From Candidatus Bathyarchaeota archaeon (GTDB lineage: Archaea; Thermoproteota; Bathyarchaeia; 40CM-2-53-6), in assembly GCA_963833125.1 (NCBI GenBank), contig CAWHWX010000016.1:256001-320000 (forward strand): a stretch of DNA of 64,000 nucleotides. Reading direction: 5' to 3'. Both the position numbers and the translations under genes were made by a program. Each line of letters starts with the position of its first letter. The first letter of the stretch is position 1. The notes beneath the pieces are model-generated. The model did no database searches. It had not been told where the DNA came from and saw nothing but the letters and a program-made list of their open reading frames with translations. This document shows, in pieces, positions 22,109 through 32,740 of the stretch.

Positions 22109-23287
22109 ATGGAGCCCTTAGAATCCATAGAACTAAGGCGAGGGTCTTCTTTGTCACAAACGCTTGGGATCGTCTACAGCGACGTATTCCAGCAATATGA
22201 TTTCGGACCAACCCACCCGCTGAAGCCTGCAAGGCTAAAGTTAACCTACGAGTTGATGCAGGCCACTGGTCTGCTCAAATCTCCGAAGATCAAAGTGGTC
22301 GAACCACGAGTGGCAAGTCTTGAAGAACTTCGTCTCTTCCATGACCAGGCCTATCTTGATCTCGTGAAGGGCGCCGACAAGACTGGTACCGGCTTTCTTG
22401 ATAATGGTGACACGCCAGCGTTCAAGGGATGTTACCAAGCGTCGGCTCTCGCAACAGGTGCGTCTTTGAGAGCCGTCGAATTAGTGATGTCCGGTGAAGT
22501 CACACAGGCTATGAACATTTCTGGTGGTCTACATCACGCTCATCCTGATCGAGCATCAGGTTTCTGCATATTCAACGACCCAGCCGTCTCAATCGCTTAT
22601 CTCAAAAAGAAATACGGACTCAAGAGAATCCTCTACCTGGATGTTGATGCACACCATGGAGACGGAGTCATGTACGGTTTCTACTCTGACGGTTCAGTCT
22701 TAGACATAGACTTCCACGAGGATGGGCATCATCTTTTCCCTGGAACAGGCTCCACAGACGAGATCGGAGAGGGAAAAGGTGAGGGCTACAAAATCAATGT
22801 GCCTCTGCCACCTTTCACGGATGATGAACCATATTTGTCATCGTTTCGGGAAATCGTCCCGGATGCGGTGCGAAAATACCGCCCTGAAATACTGCTTCTT
22901 CAATGCGGAGCAGATGCGCACGCCAACGACCTTCTCGCACATTTGCAGCTAACTACAAGGGCGTACATAGAGGTCGTTAAAGTTGTCCGCGAACTGGCGC
23001 AAGAAGTTGCCGAGGGTCGTTTGGTCGTGTTTGGTGGAGGGGGCTACAATCTTGCTAACGTCGCAAGAACGTGGACTCTCGTCGCATCTACTCTAATTGA
23101 TCTGCCAATCCCCGCGGCATCTCCACAAGTTTGGCAGAAATTGTTTGAAGCGCTCGTCGGTGAACCTGCGCCAAAGAGCATCATGAGTGACGGAGAGGGT
23201 CGAAAGGAACTTTCCAGTCATGTAGACCGCGATGAGATCTTGGGGACTCTCAAGGATCTGAAACAGCGGCTATCTATCCTATCCTAA
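22109..23287 (+). CDS. acuC: Zn-dependent deacetylase (AcuC/HDAC class I)
   Basis: HPLKP.R, GGLHHA...ASGFC.FND, DVDAHHGDG, GADAH..D, GGGGY. Confidence 0.92.
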   Translation: MEPLESIELRRGSSLSQTLGIVYSDVFQQYDFGPTHPLKPARLKLTYELMQATGLLKSPKIKVVEPRVASLEELRLFHDQAYLDLVKGADKTGTGFLDNGDTPAFKGCYQASALATGASLRAVELVMSGEVTQAMNISGGLHHAHPDRASGFCIFNDPAVSIAYLKKKYGLKRILYLDVDAHHGDGVMYGFYSDGSVLDIDFHEDGHHLFPGTGSTDEIGEGKGEGYKINVPLPPFTDDEPYLSSFREIVPDAVRKYRPEILLLQCGADAHANDLLAHLQLTTRAYIEVVKVVRELAQEVAEGRLVVFGGGGYNLANVARTWTLVASTLIDLPIPAASPQVWQKLFEALVGEPAPKSIMSDGEGRKELSSHVDRDEILGTLKDLKQRLSILS

Positions 23288-23309
23288 TCGCTGGCGACGT
23301 TCGAGTTGA

Positions 23310-24194
23310 TTAGGTGCTCAGTAACCCTTCTTGGGGTTTGAAGGCTCCAGTGAGAATGTCCCGTTGCACTCGAAGATAATCTTCGGGCGTTCCCACATCA
23401 GCCCAATAGCCCTCATGCTTATACCCGAATATCTTACCTTCACTCATTAACTTCGGAAACACGTCCAGCTCCAATGAAGCCCGTCTAGCCTTGGCAATCT
23501 TACCCAAAACTGAAGGCCGAATCACATACACCCCTGCGTTTACCCACGATTCACCAACAGGCTGTTTACGCGGCTTCTCCACGAAGCTCACCACTCTATT
23601 CTCAGCATCAAGCTCCACTGCACCGAAGCGAGCGGGAGTTTTTGATTTCGCCAGCACTACGGTTACCATTGAATCAGATTTCTTATGTGCATAAATGAGC
23701 TTGTCAAGATCTAGATCAGAGAAAATCACGTCTCCGTTTAGGGTTAGGAAATCTGAACTGATCATCAGTTCAGCATTTTTGATCGCGCCCCCTGTGTCGA
23801 GCGGTTCTTTTTCGAAACTGTAACGTAACCGAACTCCAAGCTTACGCTCATCCAAATAGCGAACAATCTGTTCCTGCAGAAATCCTATGGCCAGGATGAT
23901 GCGATCGAACTCGAATCGTTTCAGATACTCTATCTGGTACTCAAGCAGTGGCTGATATCCAATTGGTAGAAGTGGCTTCGGCGTAGCGAAGGTCGTTGGT
24001 CTAATCCTGGGTTCAAGTCCTCCGCACAGAATCAGTGCGGTTCTCTCGGGACGAACCTGCTCCATGCCTAGTTTGAGAAGAAATTCAGCCGTTTGCGAAC
24101 GGTTAGTAAAACGGGCGCCGTCCACCAAAAGGTCGATCTTATGCATCAGAGAAGGGTCGAGCGTCATACTGAATCGGCGTTTCATGGCTTCCAA
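23310..24194 (-). CDS. RHH (CopG-like) domain fused to sugar-phosphate nucleotidyltransferase domain
   Basis: KRRFSMTLD......ID.LVDG....NRSQ..E.LL then ILCGG...PKPLLPI...EPLDTGGA...NGD...W.DVGT. Confidence 0.85.
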   Translation of the reverse strand: MEAMKRRFSMTLDPSLMHKIDLLVDGARFTNRSQTAEFLLKLGMEQVRPERTALILCGGLEPRIRPTTFATPKPLLPIGYQPLLEYQIEYLKRFEFDRIILAIGFLQEQIVRYLDERKLGVRLRYSFEKEPLDTGGAIKNAELMISSDFLTLNGDVIFSDLDLDKLIYAHKKSDSMVTVVLAKSKTPARFGAVELDAENRVVSFVEKPRKQPVGESWVNAGVYVIRPSVLGKIAKARRASLELDVFPKLMSEGKIFGYKHEGYWADVGTPEDYLRVQRDILTGAFKPQEGLLST

Positions 24195-24252
24195 GTATTA
24201 CTACATATGCTTTAATTGTATTACCTTCACCTATTATGCCTGGTGAACAGCG

Positions 24253-24396
24253 GTGGAATACTGTCCAGCATGCGGTCATCGAGACTTAGCCCTAAGACAG
24301 AGAGATCAGTGGAATGCAACCGAGCTTCCAACTCTCGCGGAGTTCAGCCTAATCAAATGCGGCTCTTGTAGAAACGTTTGGTGGGAACGCAACTAA
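24253..24396 (+). CDS. 47-aa zinc-ribbon microprotein (TFS/TFIIS C-terminal-like), not in ORF track
   Basis: GTG start after GGTGA; MEYCPACGHRDLALRQRDQWNATELPTLAEFSLIKCGSCRNVWWERN. Confidence 0.65.
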   Translation: MEYCPACGHRDLALRQRDQWNATELPTLAEFSLIKCGSCRNVWWERN

Positions 24397-24502
24397 TTCC
24401 TTTGCGCTTACCAAACCCAAGCCTACGCTTCATTGTCTGCTTAACGAATTACAGAGCATTACATTGAGAACGCACGATTTCCGGCGCAGAGGCTGCCTTT
24501 GG

Positions 24503-24526
24503 TCGGAATTTGCAATCTAATTCCGA
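24503..24526. promoter_or_regulatory. Inverted repeat upstream of ppdK
   Basis: TCGGAATT-N8-AATTCCGA perfect 8-bp arms. Confidence 0.35.
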
Positions 24527-24665
24527 TAAAACGGTCTAATCGGCTTCCTTCGGATGATTTCCGGTTTTTGGTCGGCTGAGCTGGCTTACTAGCAGTTCTA
24601 GATACGAGAAACCGACTTAATATGGGCATTTGAGAGGGCATTCGGTCTAAGGTAGGAGCATCGAC

Positions 24666-27322
24666 ATGTACGTTTACCTCTTTGAGGAGGGCAATACCAA
24701 GCTCAGGAATCTCCTAGGCGGAAAAGGCGCCGATTTAGCTGAGATGAGCGGGCTTGGCTTACCAGTCCCGCCAGGCATGACCGTGACAACCGAGGCTTGC
24801 AACTACTACAGCGCTCAAGGCAAGTTCCCTGAGGGTATGGAAAAAGAGATGGTCAACAAGATGACCATGTTAGAAAAGAAGACTGGGAGACGTTTCGGAG
24901 ATGCAGGGAATCCGCTCCTTGTCTCCGTCCGCTCGGGCGCACCGATTTCTATGCCCGGTATGATGGATACTGTTCTGAACCTCGGCTTAAATGACAAGAC
25001 CGTTCAAGGTCTGATTCACCAAACCAACAACAAACGGTTCGCATACGACGTAGTACAGACGCTTCGTACAAATGTTCGGCAAGGTAGTCCTGGGAGTGAG
25101 AGCAGAAGACTTTGAAGCAATTATCACCAAACACAAAGCAAGACTAAACGTAAAGTCCGATGTAGAGCTCGACTCAGAGACACTCGTCCAAATGGTCAAT
25201 GAATTCAAACAACTCGTAGTGCAAGCGACGAAGAAACCGTTCCCCGAAGATCCTACGGACCAGCTCCGCATGGCGGTAGGTGCAGTTTTCGAATCTTGGA
25301 ATGGGCGAAGGGCCAAAATCTACCGAGAGGCGAACAAGATCGCTGACACTCTTGGAACTGCTGTGAACATTCAGACCATGGTCTTCGGAAACAAGGGCCC
25401 CAATTCTGGCACAGGCGTCTGTTTCACAAGAAACCCTTCAACCGGCGAACCCGTGCTGTTCGGGGAATTTCTAATTAACGCTCAGGGTGAAGATGTCGTT
25501 GCGGGAATTCGCACTCCTAAACCAATCTCTGAGCTGAACAGGGAGATGCCAACGGTGTACCGCCAGCTGGTGGATGTATGTCAGCTTCTAGAACACCACT
25601 TCAGGGACATGCAAGACATCGAATTCACGATTGACGATGGTAAACTCTACATCCTGCAAACTCGATCGGGAAAGCGAACCGCTGCATCTGCAATCAGAGT
25701 TGCAGTGGACTTGGTAAAGGAAGGCCTTATCACGAAAGAAGAATCTGTCCTCCGAGTACTGCCTGCCCACTTGGAACAGCTCGTCCATCGACAGATTGAC
25801 CCGAATTATCAGGCTAAACCAATCGCAACTGGGTTACCCGCCTCACCAGGCGCAGCTACTGGCAAGGTCATCTTCGATACGGACGAAGCTCACAGATTAG
25901 GTGCTAGTGGAGAGAATGTTATTCTCGTAAGAGAAGAGACCACTCCAGAAGATATTCATGGCATGATCGCTGCTAAGGGAGTACTTACCAGCAGGGGAGG
26001 AATGACTTCTCACGCTGCAGTCGTCGCTCGTGGAATGGGAAAACCTGCCGTCGTGGGGTGCGAACAGATTAAGATCGACCCATCTTCAACGAGTTTTAGC
26101 TCTGGAAGAGAAACAATCAAGAAAAATGATATAATAACAATTGACGGGACAACCGGAAACGTTCTCCTAGGTGTCGTCCCCACCGTAGAGCCGAAGTTAG
26201 GATCCTCCGCACAGCAGTTGCTAGTTTGGGCCGATGAAATCACGCGCCCTCGGCGTTAGAGCCAACGCGGACACACCAGAGGGAGCAGCGAAGGGCCGGG
26301 AATTCGGAGCGGGCGGAATCGGCCTCTGCAGAACTGAACGCATGTTCAACGCGCAGGACCGTCTACCAATTGTCCAAAGCATGATACTTGCAGCTTCCGA
26401 CGAGGACCGGCTTAAAGCGCTTGAGAGACTCCGGCCACTGCAGAAAGGAGATTTCAAGGAAATATTTCGAAACATGCACGACTTACCCGTGACCATCAGG
26501 TTGCTGGACCTTCCTTTGCATGAGTTTCTGCCCAAATATGAGGAACTAGTTGACGATGTCGCCTCGCTCAAGGCGACGGGGAAAAACCCAGACCTGCTCG
26601 ATTCAAAACAACGCATGCTGAGGAAGGTGATAACCTTGAGCGAGCACAACCCGATGCTCGGACATCGAGGCTGTAGGCTAGCAATCAGTCACCCTGAGAT
26701 TTATGAAATGCAGACTAGAGCGATCTTCGAGGCAGCTTCCGAGTTAGTGAAAGAGGGAATTAACGTTCATGTAGAGATTATGCTGCCGTTGGTGGGAGAG
26801 GCGAACGAGGTCCGCTTTCTCAGAACAAAAATAGTTCAGACAGCGGATAAGGTGATGGAGAGCACCCATACGAAGGTAGACTATAAAATCGGCACGATGA
26901 TAGAGGTTCCAAGGGCTGCCTTAACAGCTGAAGAGATCGCACAGTATGCCGATTTCTTCTCATTTGGCACCAATGACCTCACCCAAGCCACGTTTGCCTT
27001 CAGCCGCGACGATGCCGAAGGGAAATTTCTGAAGGACTACACAGACAATGGGATACTCAAGGTTGATCCGTTTGAGGTTTTAGATCGGAAAGGTGTGGGA
27101 AAATTAATGCAAATGGCTACCGAAGCGGGCCGACGAAGCAACCCGAATCTCAAGGTGGGAATCTGCGGAGAACACGGTGGAGAACCCAGCTCGGTCGAGT
27201 TTTGCCACCAGTTGCGACTTGATTACGTTAGTTGCTCGCCATACCGAGTGCCGATAGCTCGTCTAGTTGCCGCTCAAGCGGTAGCCAGAGAAAAATCGGT
27301 TAAATCCAAGGAAAATCTATAG
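24666..27322 (+). CDS. ppdK: Pyruvate, phosphate dikinase (two frameshifts, ~25050 and ~26242)
   Basis: [34 protein letters not shown] phospho-His, [20 protein letters not shown]. Confidence 0.96.
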
Positions 27323-27330
27323 TGCAGCGA

Positions 27331-29056
27331 ATGTCAGAAACTAGGCCCATAGTTCGCGGAACTAAAGGGTGCGTTACGTCCTCAAACTACTTGGCAACGA
27401 CCGCCGGATTCGAGATCCTGCTCGCGGGAGGAAATGCGTTTGACGCGGCCGCCGACGACAGGGTTGGCGTTACACGTAGTCGAGCCACACATGAATGGTA
27501 TAGGCGGCGAAGCGCCAGCAATCGTGTATTCATCTAGAAAGAAAAAAGTTCTAGCGATCTCAGGCCAAGGAACCGCTCCAGCAGCAGCTACCCTAGACTT
27601 CTTCTTCGATCATGGTATTGATTTGATCCCTGGAGACGGATTCCTGCCAGCAACCGTTCCAGCTTCATTCGACGTTTGGATTACTCTACTCGCTAAATTC
27701 GGAACCATGAGCCTCCGGCAGGTCCTTACGCCAGCCATCCGACTCGCCGAACATGGCTTTCCAGTCTACCCCACACTGGAAAGAAACATCAGGGCTTACG
27801 CAAAACGATTCGTCAAAGAATGGCCCACGACTGCGAGAATCTACATGCAGAACGGAAAGGTTCCCTCGACAGGCCAACTGCTGATCGAATCGGATCTAGC
27901 AAAAACGTTTCGCAGTCTCACGGTTGCAGAGAGGAGAGGAAGCGATAGCCGTGTTAAGGGCCTAATGGCTGCCAGAGAGTACTTCTATTCCGGACCAATC
28001 GCGAGGAAGATCGTGAACTTCACCTCAAATAACCCCATAATGGATAATTCTGGTGAACCCCACGCATGCCTGCTTGATGTTGGTGATTTATCAGATTACG
28101 AGACGAGAATCGAGAGGCCTGTCTCAGTTGAATTCAGAGGCCTGAGAATTCACAAATGTGGGCCTTGGAGTCAGGGACCTGTCTTCCCGCAGCAGCTTCT
28201 ACTACTCGACGGATACGACTTACGGCGAATGGAACATAACTCACCAGATTACATTCATCTAATCACTGAAGCATCCAAGCTGGCGTTCGCTGACCGTGAG
28301 AAATTCTATGGGGATCCTCTGTTCACCCACGTCCCGATGGAGACACTCCTGTCCCGAGAGTACGCAAAGAAACGACGTAAACTCATCAACATGATGAAAG
28401 CCTCTCTCGAGATGACCTCAGGAGCCATCGTCAGCCCGAATAACAGGCCACTTCGATCCCAGAACTTTCGGGGAGATACGACTCACCTTGATGTGGCCGA
28501 TGCTGAGGGGAATATGGTCTCAGTTACTCCTAGCGGTGGTTGGATTTGGAGTTCTCCGGTAGTTGAAGGACTGGGGTTCCCGCTAGGTACGAGGGGGCAG
28601 ATGTTCTCTCTAGAAGAATCCCACCCCAATTGTCTAGCTCCGCACAAAAGACCACGGACAACGCTAAGCCCAACCCTCGTGACGGTTGACAATGACCCGT
28701 TGATGGCATTTGGAACTCCTGGAGGAGACCAGCAAGACCAGTGGACTCTGCAGTTCTTTCTGAATTTCGTCGAATTCAGTATGAATTTGCAGGCCTCGAT
28801 CGACGCCCCAACGTTTCATAGCTCTCATTTCCCAAGTTCATTCTACCCGCATGAATCTTATCCGGGACGTTTGCATTTGGAAGGAAGGATTCCATCTGAA
28901 GTTAGGCGTCAATTAAAACGGAGGGGGCACCGTGTTGTGGTAGAGGATGACTGGGTGAACGGAAGGGTCACCGCCATCCACTTCAACAAGCACACAGGAG
29001 TAATCAGCGCTGCTGCCTCATCTAGATACCAAACGCCATATGCAATGGGGATATAG
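27331..29056 (+). CDS. ggt: Gamma-glutamyltransferase family protein (frameshift ~27453)
   Basis: GGNAFDAA, VEPHMNG.GG, DTTH catalytic Thr, P.KRPRTTL.P, GTPGGDQQ. Confidence 0.92.
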
Positions 29057-29172
29057 ATAGTCAAGAGTCCGTGGCGAATAGCCGAGGCTCACATGACCTT
29101 CAGCCAGCATGAATGATTGAACCTTTATCGGCTGAGAAGATTTCAACACTGCAGGCAACCTAAGAAAAGTGG

Positions 29173-30117
29173 GTGGGACTTCCAACGGCCAGCTCAAATG
29201 ACATAGTGGTTGAGGCGAAAGGCCTACAGAAAAGCTTCGACGGAGTCGAAGCGGTACGGGGCATTAACTTCACAGTACCCAAAGGCGAATGCTTCGGTTT
29301 CCTCGGCCCCAATGGAGCAGGGAAGACGACGACTATGAGAATTATAGGTTGCGTTTCGCCAACAACCGCTGGTTCGTTTCAAGTCTTCGGTTTGGATCCG
29401 AGGCGCTCCCTGAGAGAAATCAAGAGACGGATTGGAGTTGTGCCTCAAGAATCAAATCTCGACGAGGCATTGCCGGTTGAGGAGAACCTGACCGTCTACG
29501 CCCGATTCTTCAACGTGCCGTCACAGTTAGCGAAGCGACGGGCTGAGGAGTTGTTACGTTTCATGGAGTTGACCGAGAAGAGGAATGCAAAGGTTGCCGA
29601 CCTATCAGGAGGCATGAAGAGACGGCTACTAATTTCCAGGGCACTAATGAGCGACCCTGAATTGTTGATTCTTGATGAGCCAACAACTGGACTTGATCCT
29701 CAGGCGCGTCATCTTGTTTGGGACAAATTGTTTGAGTTAAAAGGGCGCGGAGTCACGCAAATAATTACGACACACTACATGGACGAAGCTGAACAGCTGT
29801 GTGATAGGATCGTCATCATGGATCGCGGGCTGATAATGGAAGAGGGTAGACCGAATGAATTGGTCGAGAAACATATTGGCCGAGAAGTCTTAGAGATGCG
29901 CTTGCCTGAGAAGATCATTTCTGAGATGCCGAAGAATGATCCATTGATTCGAGGATTTGATTCCTACAGGGACCTATTAATCCTGTATTCGAATCAAGCT
30001 GATGCTCTCTTGGACAAGATTAAGGCGATGGGTGTCAAAAGCGATTATGCGATTGTGAGAAGAAGCACGTTAGAAGATGTTTTTCTCAAGCTAACAGGCA
30101 GGCGTTTGGCCGAATGA
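29173..30117 (+). CDS. ABC exporter ATP-binding subunit (NodI/DrrA-like)
   Basis: GPNGAGKTT, LSGGMKRR, LDEPTTGLDPQARH, LEDVFL.LTGR. Confidence 0.95.
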   Translation: MGLPTASSNDIVVEAKGLQKSFDGVEAVRGINFTVPKGECFGFLGPNGAGKTTTMRIIGCVSPTTAGSFQVFGLDPRRSLREIKRRIGVVPQESNLDEALPVEENLTVYARFFNVPSQLAKRRAEELLRFMELTEKRNAKVADLSGGMKRRLLISRALMSDPELLILDEPTTGLDPQARHLVWDKLFELKGRGVTQIITTHYMDEAEQLCDRIVIMDRGLIMEEGRPNELVEKHIGREVLEMRLPEKIISEMPKNDPLIRGFDSYRDLLILYSNQADALLDKIKAMGVKSDYAIVRRSTLEDVFLKLTGRRLAE

Positions 30118-30896
30118 ACCCATTCAAGCCCGTGAGGTTCTCGCCACGACAGGCATTTAGGGTCTGGCAGCGTGAGGTCAGCGTCTACAGACATGTATAC
30201 AGGTCGACCATAATCTCGAACCTGATGGATCCCATGGTGTACCTGCTCGCTTTAGGCTTCGGCTTGGGGGCGTACGTTACGCGAATCGAAGGGTTGTCCT
30301 ACATTCAGTTCATTGCACCAGGGCTGATCGCTTCATCGATAATGACGGCTGCGTCGTTCGAGACAACCATAAACACGTTCGTTCGAATTAATTTCGACAA
30401 GGTGTATGAAGCCATGATGGCGACCCCCGTAACCGTGGAGGACATCGTTGTGGGTGAATTGTTTTGGGCGACAACACGGAGCACAATTTACGCAACCGTG
30501 ATGCTTGCAGTCGTCGCCGCCCTCGGGCTCGTACATTCTTGGTTTGGGATATTGGTGCCTTTCATGGGCGTATTGGGAGGTCTAATGTTTGCAGTTATCG
30601 GCTTAACTTACACTTCATTCTTGAAGAGCATATACCACGTAAACTACTTCTTCACCCTCTTCGTCACTCCGCTCTTCCTTTTCTCCGGAGTTTTCTATCC
30701 ACTGGATCCGCTACCGCAAGTTGTCAAGGACATAGCATTCTTCAGTCCACTATACCATCTCGTGAACGTGGTTCGGCCCTTAGTTCTCGGAAATGTCGGT
30801 ATACCGGTCCTCTTCGATCTCGCTTGGATTCTTGCGTTCCTCGCAATATTCATCGCAGTCCCTGTGAATTTGCTACGAAGCAAACTAGTCAAGTAA
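30114..30896 (+). CDS. ABC-2 type permease (NodJ-like)
   Basis: Y..F.APGL, GE..W, PLFLFSG.FYP, SPL.H; overlaps ATPase stop. Confidence 0.93.
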   Translation: MNPFKPVRFSPRQAFRVWQREVSVYRHVYRSTIISNLMDPMVYLLALGFGLGAYVTRIEGLSYIQFIAPGLIASSIMTAASFETTINTFVRINFDKVYEAMMATPVTVEDIVVGELFWATTRSTIYATVMLAVVAALGLVHSWFGILVPFMGVLGGLMFAVIGLTYTSFLKSIYHVNYFFTLFVTPLFLFSGVFYPLDPLPQVVKDIAFFSPLYHLVNVVRPLVLGNVGIPVLFDLAWILAFLAIFIAVPVNLLRSKLVK

Positions 30897-30898
30897 CT

Positions 30899-30993
30899 TG
30901 GTGGGCCGGGCCGGACTTGAACCGGCGACCATCTGCGGGCTGAACTTCTGTGTTTGTCAGGCAGATATCCTAACCAAGCTAGACGACCGGCCC
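30899..30993 (-). tRNA. tRNA-Val(GAC) with 17-nt canonical intron (30938-30954) and encoded CCA
   Basis: GGGCCGG acceptor, TCTGC/GCAGA anticodon stem, CT-GAC-A loop, GGTTCAAGTCC T-arm; exon CTGA pairs with intron TCAG between two 3-nt bulges (BHB). Confidence 0.95.
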
Positions 30994-31195
30994 AAAGCGT
31001 TCCGTGAATTCGAGGGCCGAGAAATAAAGGCTACCGGCGGGGTCGGTGGCGAGATTCGGCGACTTGGTATGAGGGAATTTGCTTCTTTCCAAACACAGGT
31101 CGGACGGAACACATTCGAAAGAGCCAACAAGACAAGAGGAACCCGAAACGCAGATTAAAGTCAGCCTTTGGGTTTAGGTAAGGAAGCAGGTAGCT

Positions 31196-31537
31196 ATGGC
31201 CCGACTTTACGATCGACTTATGCGGTTTGATAAACAGGTGCGGTTTGCGGCAGTCGTAGACGGACGTGGAAGAATCATTGAGGGCGGCATGAGGGAGGGT
31301 CTGCAACCGATTGAGCCTTTGGAGAAGACGCCTCATTTGATTGCGAAGCTGGTTTCTGAGCAGAAAACGGAGGATCTCGCCGAATTCTTTGGGAAGCCCG
31401 AATATTCGATTCTTCTTCATGAGAAGATTATTGCTTTCATCTTCCGTTCGGGAAAGAGGTTTGTTCTTGTTACGGCGGGTAGAAGATTTCCGCTAAGTAA
31501 GGTTGCGAGATTACGGACGATCGTGATGAAGAAATGA
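31196..31537 (+). CDS. Roadblock/profilin-like small protein (DUF6659-like)
   Basis: D..VRFAAVVD..GRII.GGMREG..P...FG...Y pattern seen in TACK archaea. Confidence 0.7.
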   Translation: MARLYDRLMRFDKQVRFAAVVDGRGRIIEGGMREGLQPIEPLEKTPHLIAKLVSEQKTEDLAEFFGKPEYSILLHEKIIAFIFRSGKRFVLVTAGRRFPLSKVARLRTIVMKK

Positions 31538-31558
31538 ACTACTCTACTGAATCTTAGG

Positions 31559-32734
31559 TTAACTTGCCGTCATTGTTGGAGTGGTTTCCTCTGCCCGTAC
31601 CTTTGGCGAACTAGCGTCTCTAGTCTTCATGCCTGCTAGCTTCTTCAGAGCATATTCGGCGTATAGCTTGGGAAGTTCCCAGAGCATGACCCTCTTGCTA
31701 TGTCGCATCGAATCATACATGAAACAGATGTGTGTACAAAAGCACTGATCTAAATCGACCTGTCGAACCTCTCTCTTTCGTTCGACTGAATCCCAGAACT
31801 TACTGAAATCCATTCCAAACTTTCGGAGATTTCCGATTGGCTTCCTTAGCTCGCAAACTCTGACGTCTGAGTTGTAATCAATCACGATCGAGGTCTGACC
31901 CGCTGTGCATGGCATCTTCCACTTGGTGCGGTAAGCATAATTCTTGAATTGCGTATCATAACTAAACATGTACCCAGCCTTCCAAAACGCCTTCGCCAAC
32001 CCATCAAGTCTCGACTTTTTGCGGGATGGTTTGGAAATGTACTCCAAATTAAGGGGTAGGATTTCTGCGTAGGTTTGCTGAAGTTCTGTTGGCTCGACGA
32101 CTTGCAGGCTTGGATCCTTCGGATCTCCGCGAATAATTTGGAAATAGTGCCCGTCTAAGTCTTGGGTCTGTTTGAAGAACTGGCCTAACGGAATTATTTC
32201 GCTTCGATTTTCGCTGGTTATTACAGAGTTTACGTAGAGTGTTAAGTTGGGGGCGTTCTCTCTGACTCGTTCAAGTTCAGCCATGGTTTTGAGGGCTTTC
32301 TCGAAGTTGCCTGGGACAGCCCTAATTCTGTCATGGGTTTCGCTGAAACCGTCGATCGAGATATCTATCTCAAGTTGAATCTCGGGGCACTCTTCGAGAA
32401 CCGCGACAACGGTCTTAACGGTCTGTTCTGTAGGAAGCCCATTAGTAGGGATTCGAACATCGCGAATGTTGTTGTTGGTATAGAAGAGGTGTATGATCTT
32501 CGCGAGGTCTTTCCTTAAGAACGGTTCTCCGCCTGAGAGCCAGAGGTCGTGGAATGTTGGCATTGTTGATGATAGTTTGTTGAGTTCATCGAACGTCATG
32601 TCCCCCTTACGGTTGAGTTCCAACCAGTAAAAGCACGTTCTGCAACGTGCGTTGCAGACCGAGGTGACGAATAATATGACCAGGTCGAGCTGTTTCTTGA
32701 CTAGGGGTTTCAGAAATGCTTCACGGTGAGGCAA
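31559..32734 (-). CDS. Radical SAM protein with SPASM/twitch-type C-terminal cluster
   Basis: CNARCRTC, SGGEPFLR, SIDG, PC.AG.......D....V..CE, C.C...C. Confidence 0.9.
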   Translation of the reverse strand: MPHREAFLKPLVKKQLDLVILFVTSVCNARCRTCFYWLELNRKGDMTFDELNKLSSTMPTFHDLWLSGGEPFLRKDLAKIIHLFYTNNNIRDVRIPTNGLPTEQTVKTVVAVLEECPEIQLEIDISIDGFSETHDRIRAVPGNFEKALKTMAELERVRENAPNLTLYVNSVITSENRSEIIPLGQFFKQTQDLDGHYFQIIRGDPKDPSLQVVEPTELQQTYAEILPLNLEYISKPSRKKSRLDGLAKAFWKAGYMFSYDTQFKNYAYRTKWKMPCTAGQTSIVIDYNSDVRVCELRKPIGNLRKFGMDFSKFWDSVERKREVRQVDLDQCFCTHICFMYDSMRHSKRVMLWELPKLYAEYALKKLAGMKTRDASSPKVRAEETTPTMTAS

Positions 32735-32740
32735 GGGTGT

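Noticed and set aside
30898-31158. 86-aa ORF MVGRAGLEPAT...
   Set aside because: Antisense translation of the tRNA gene
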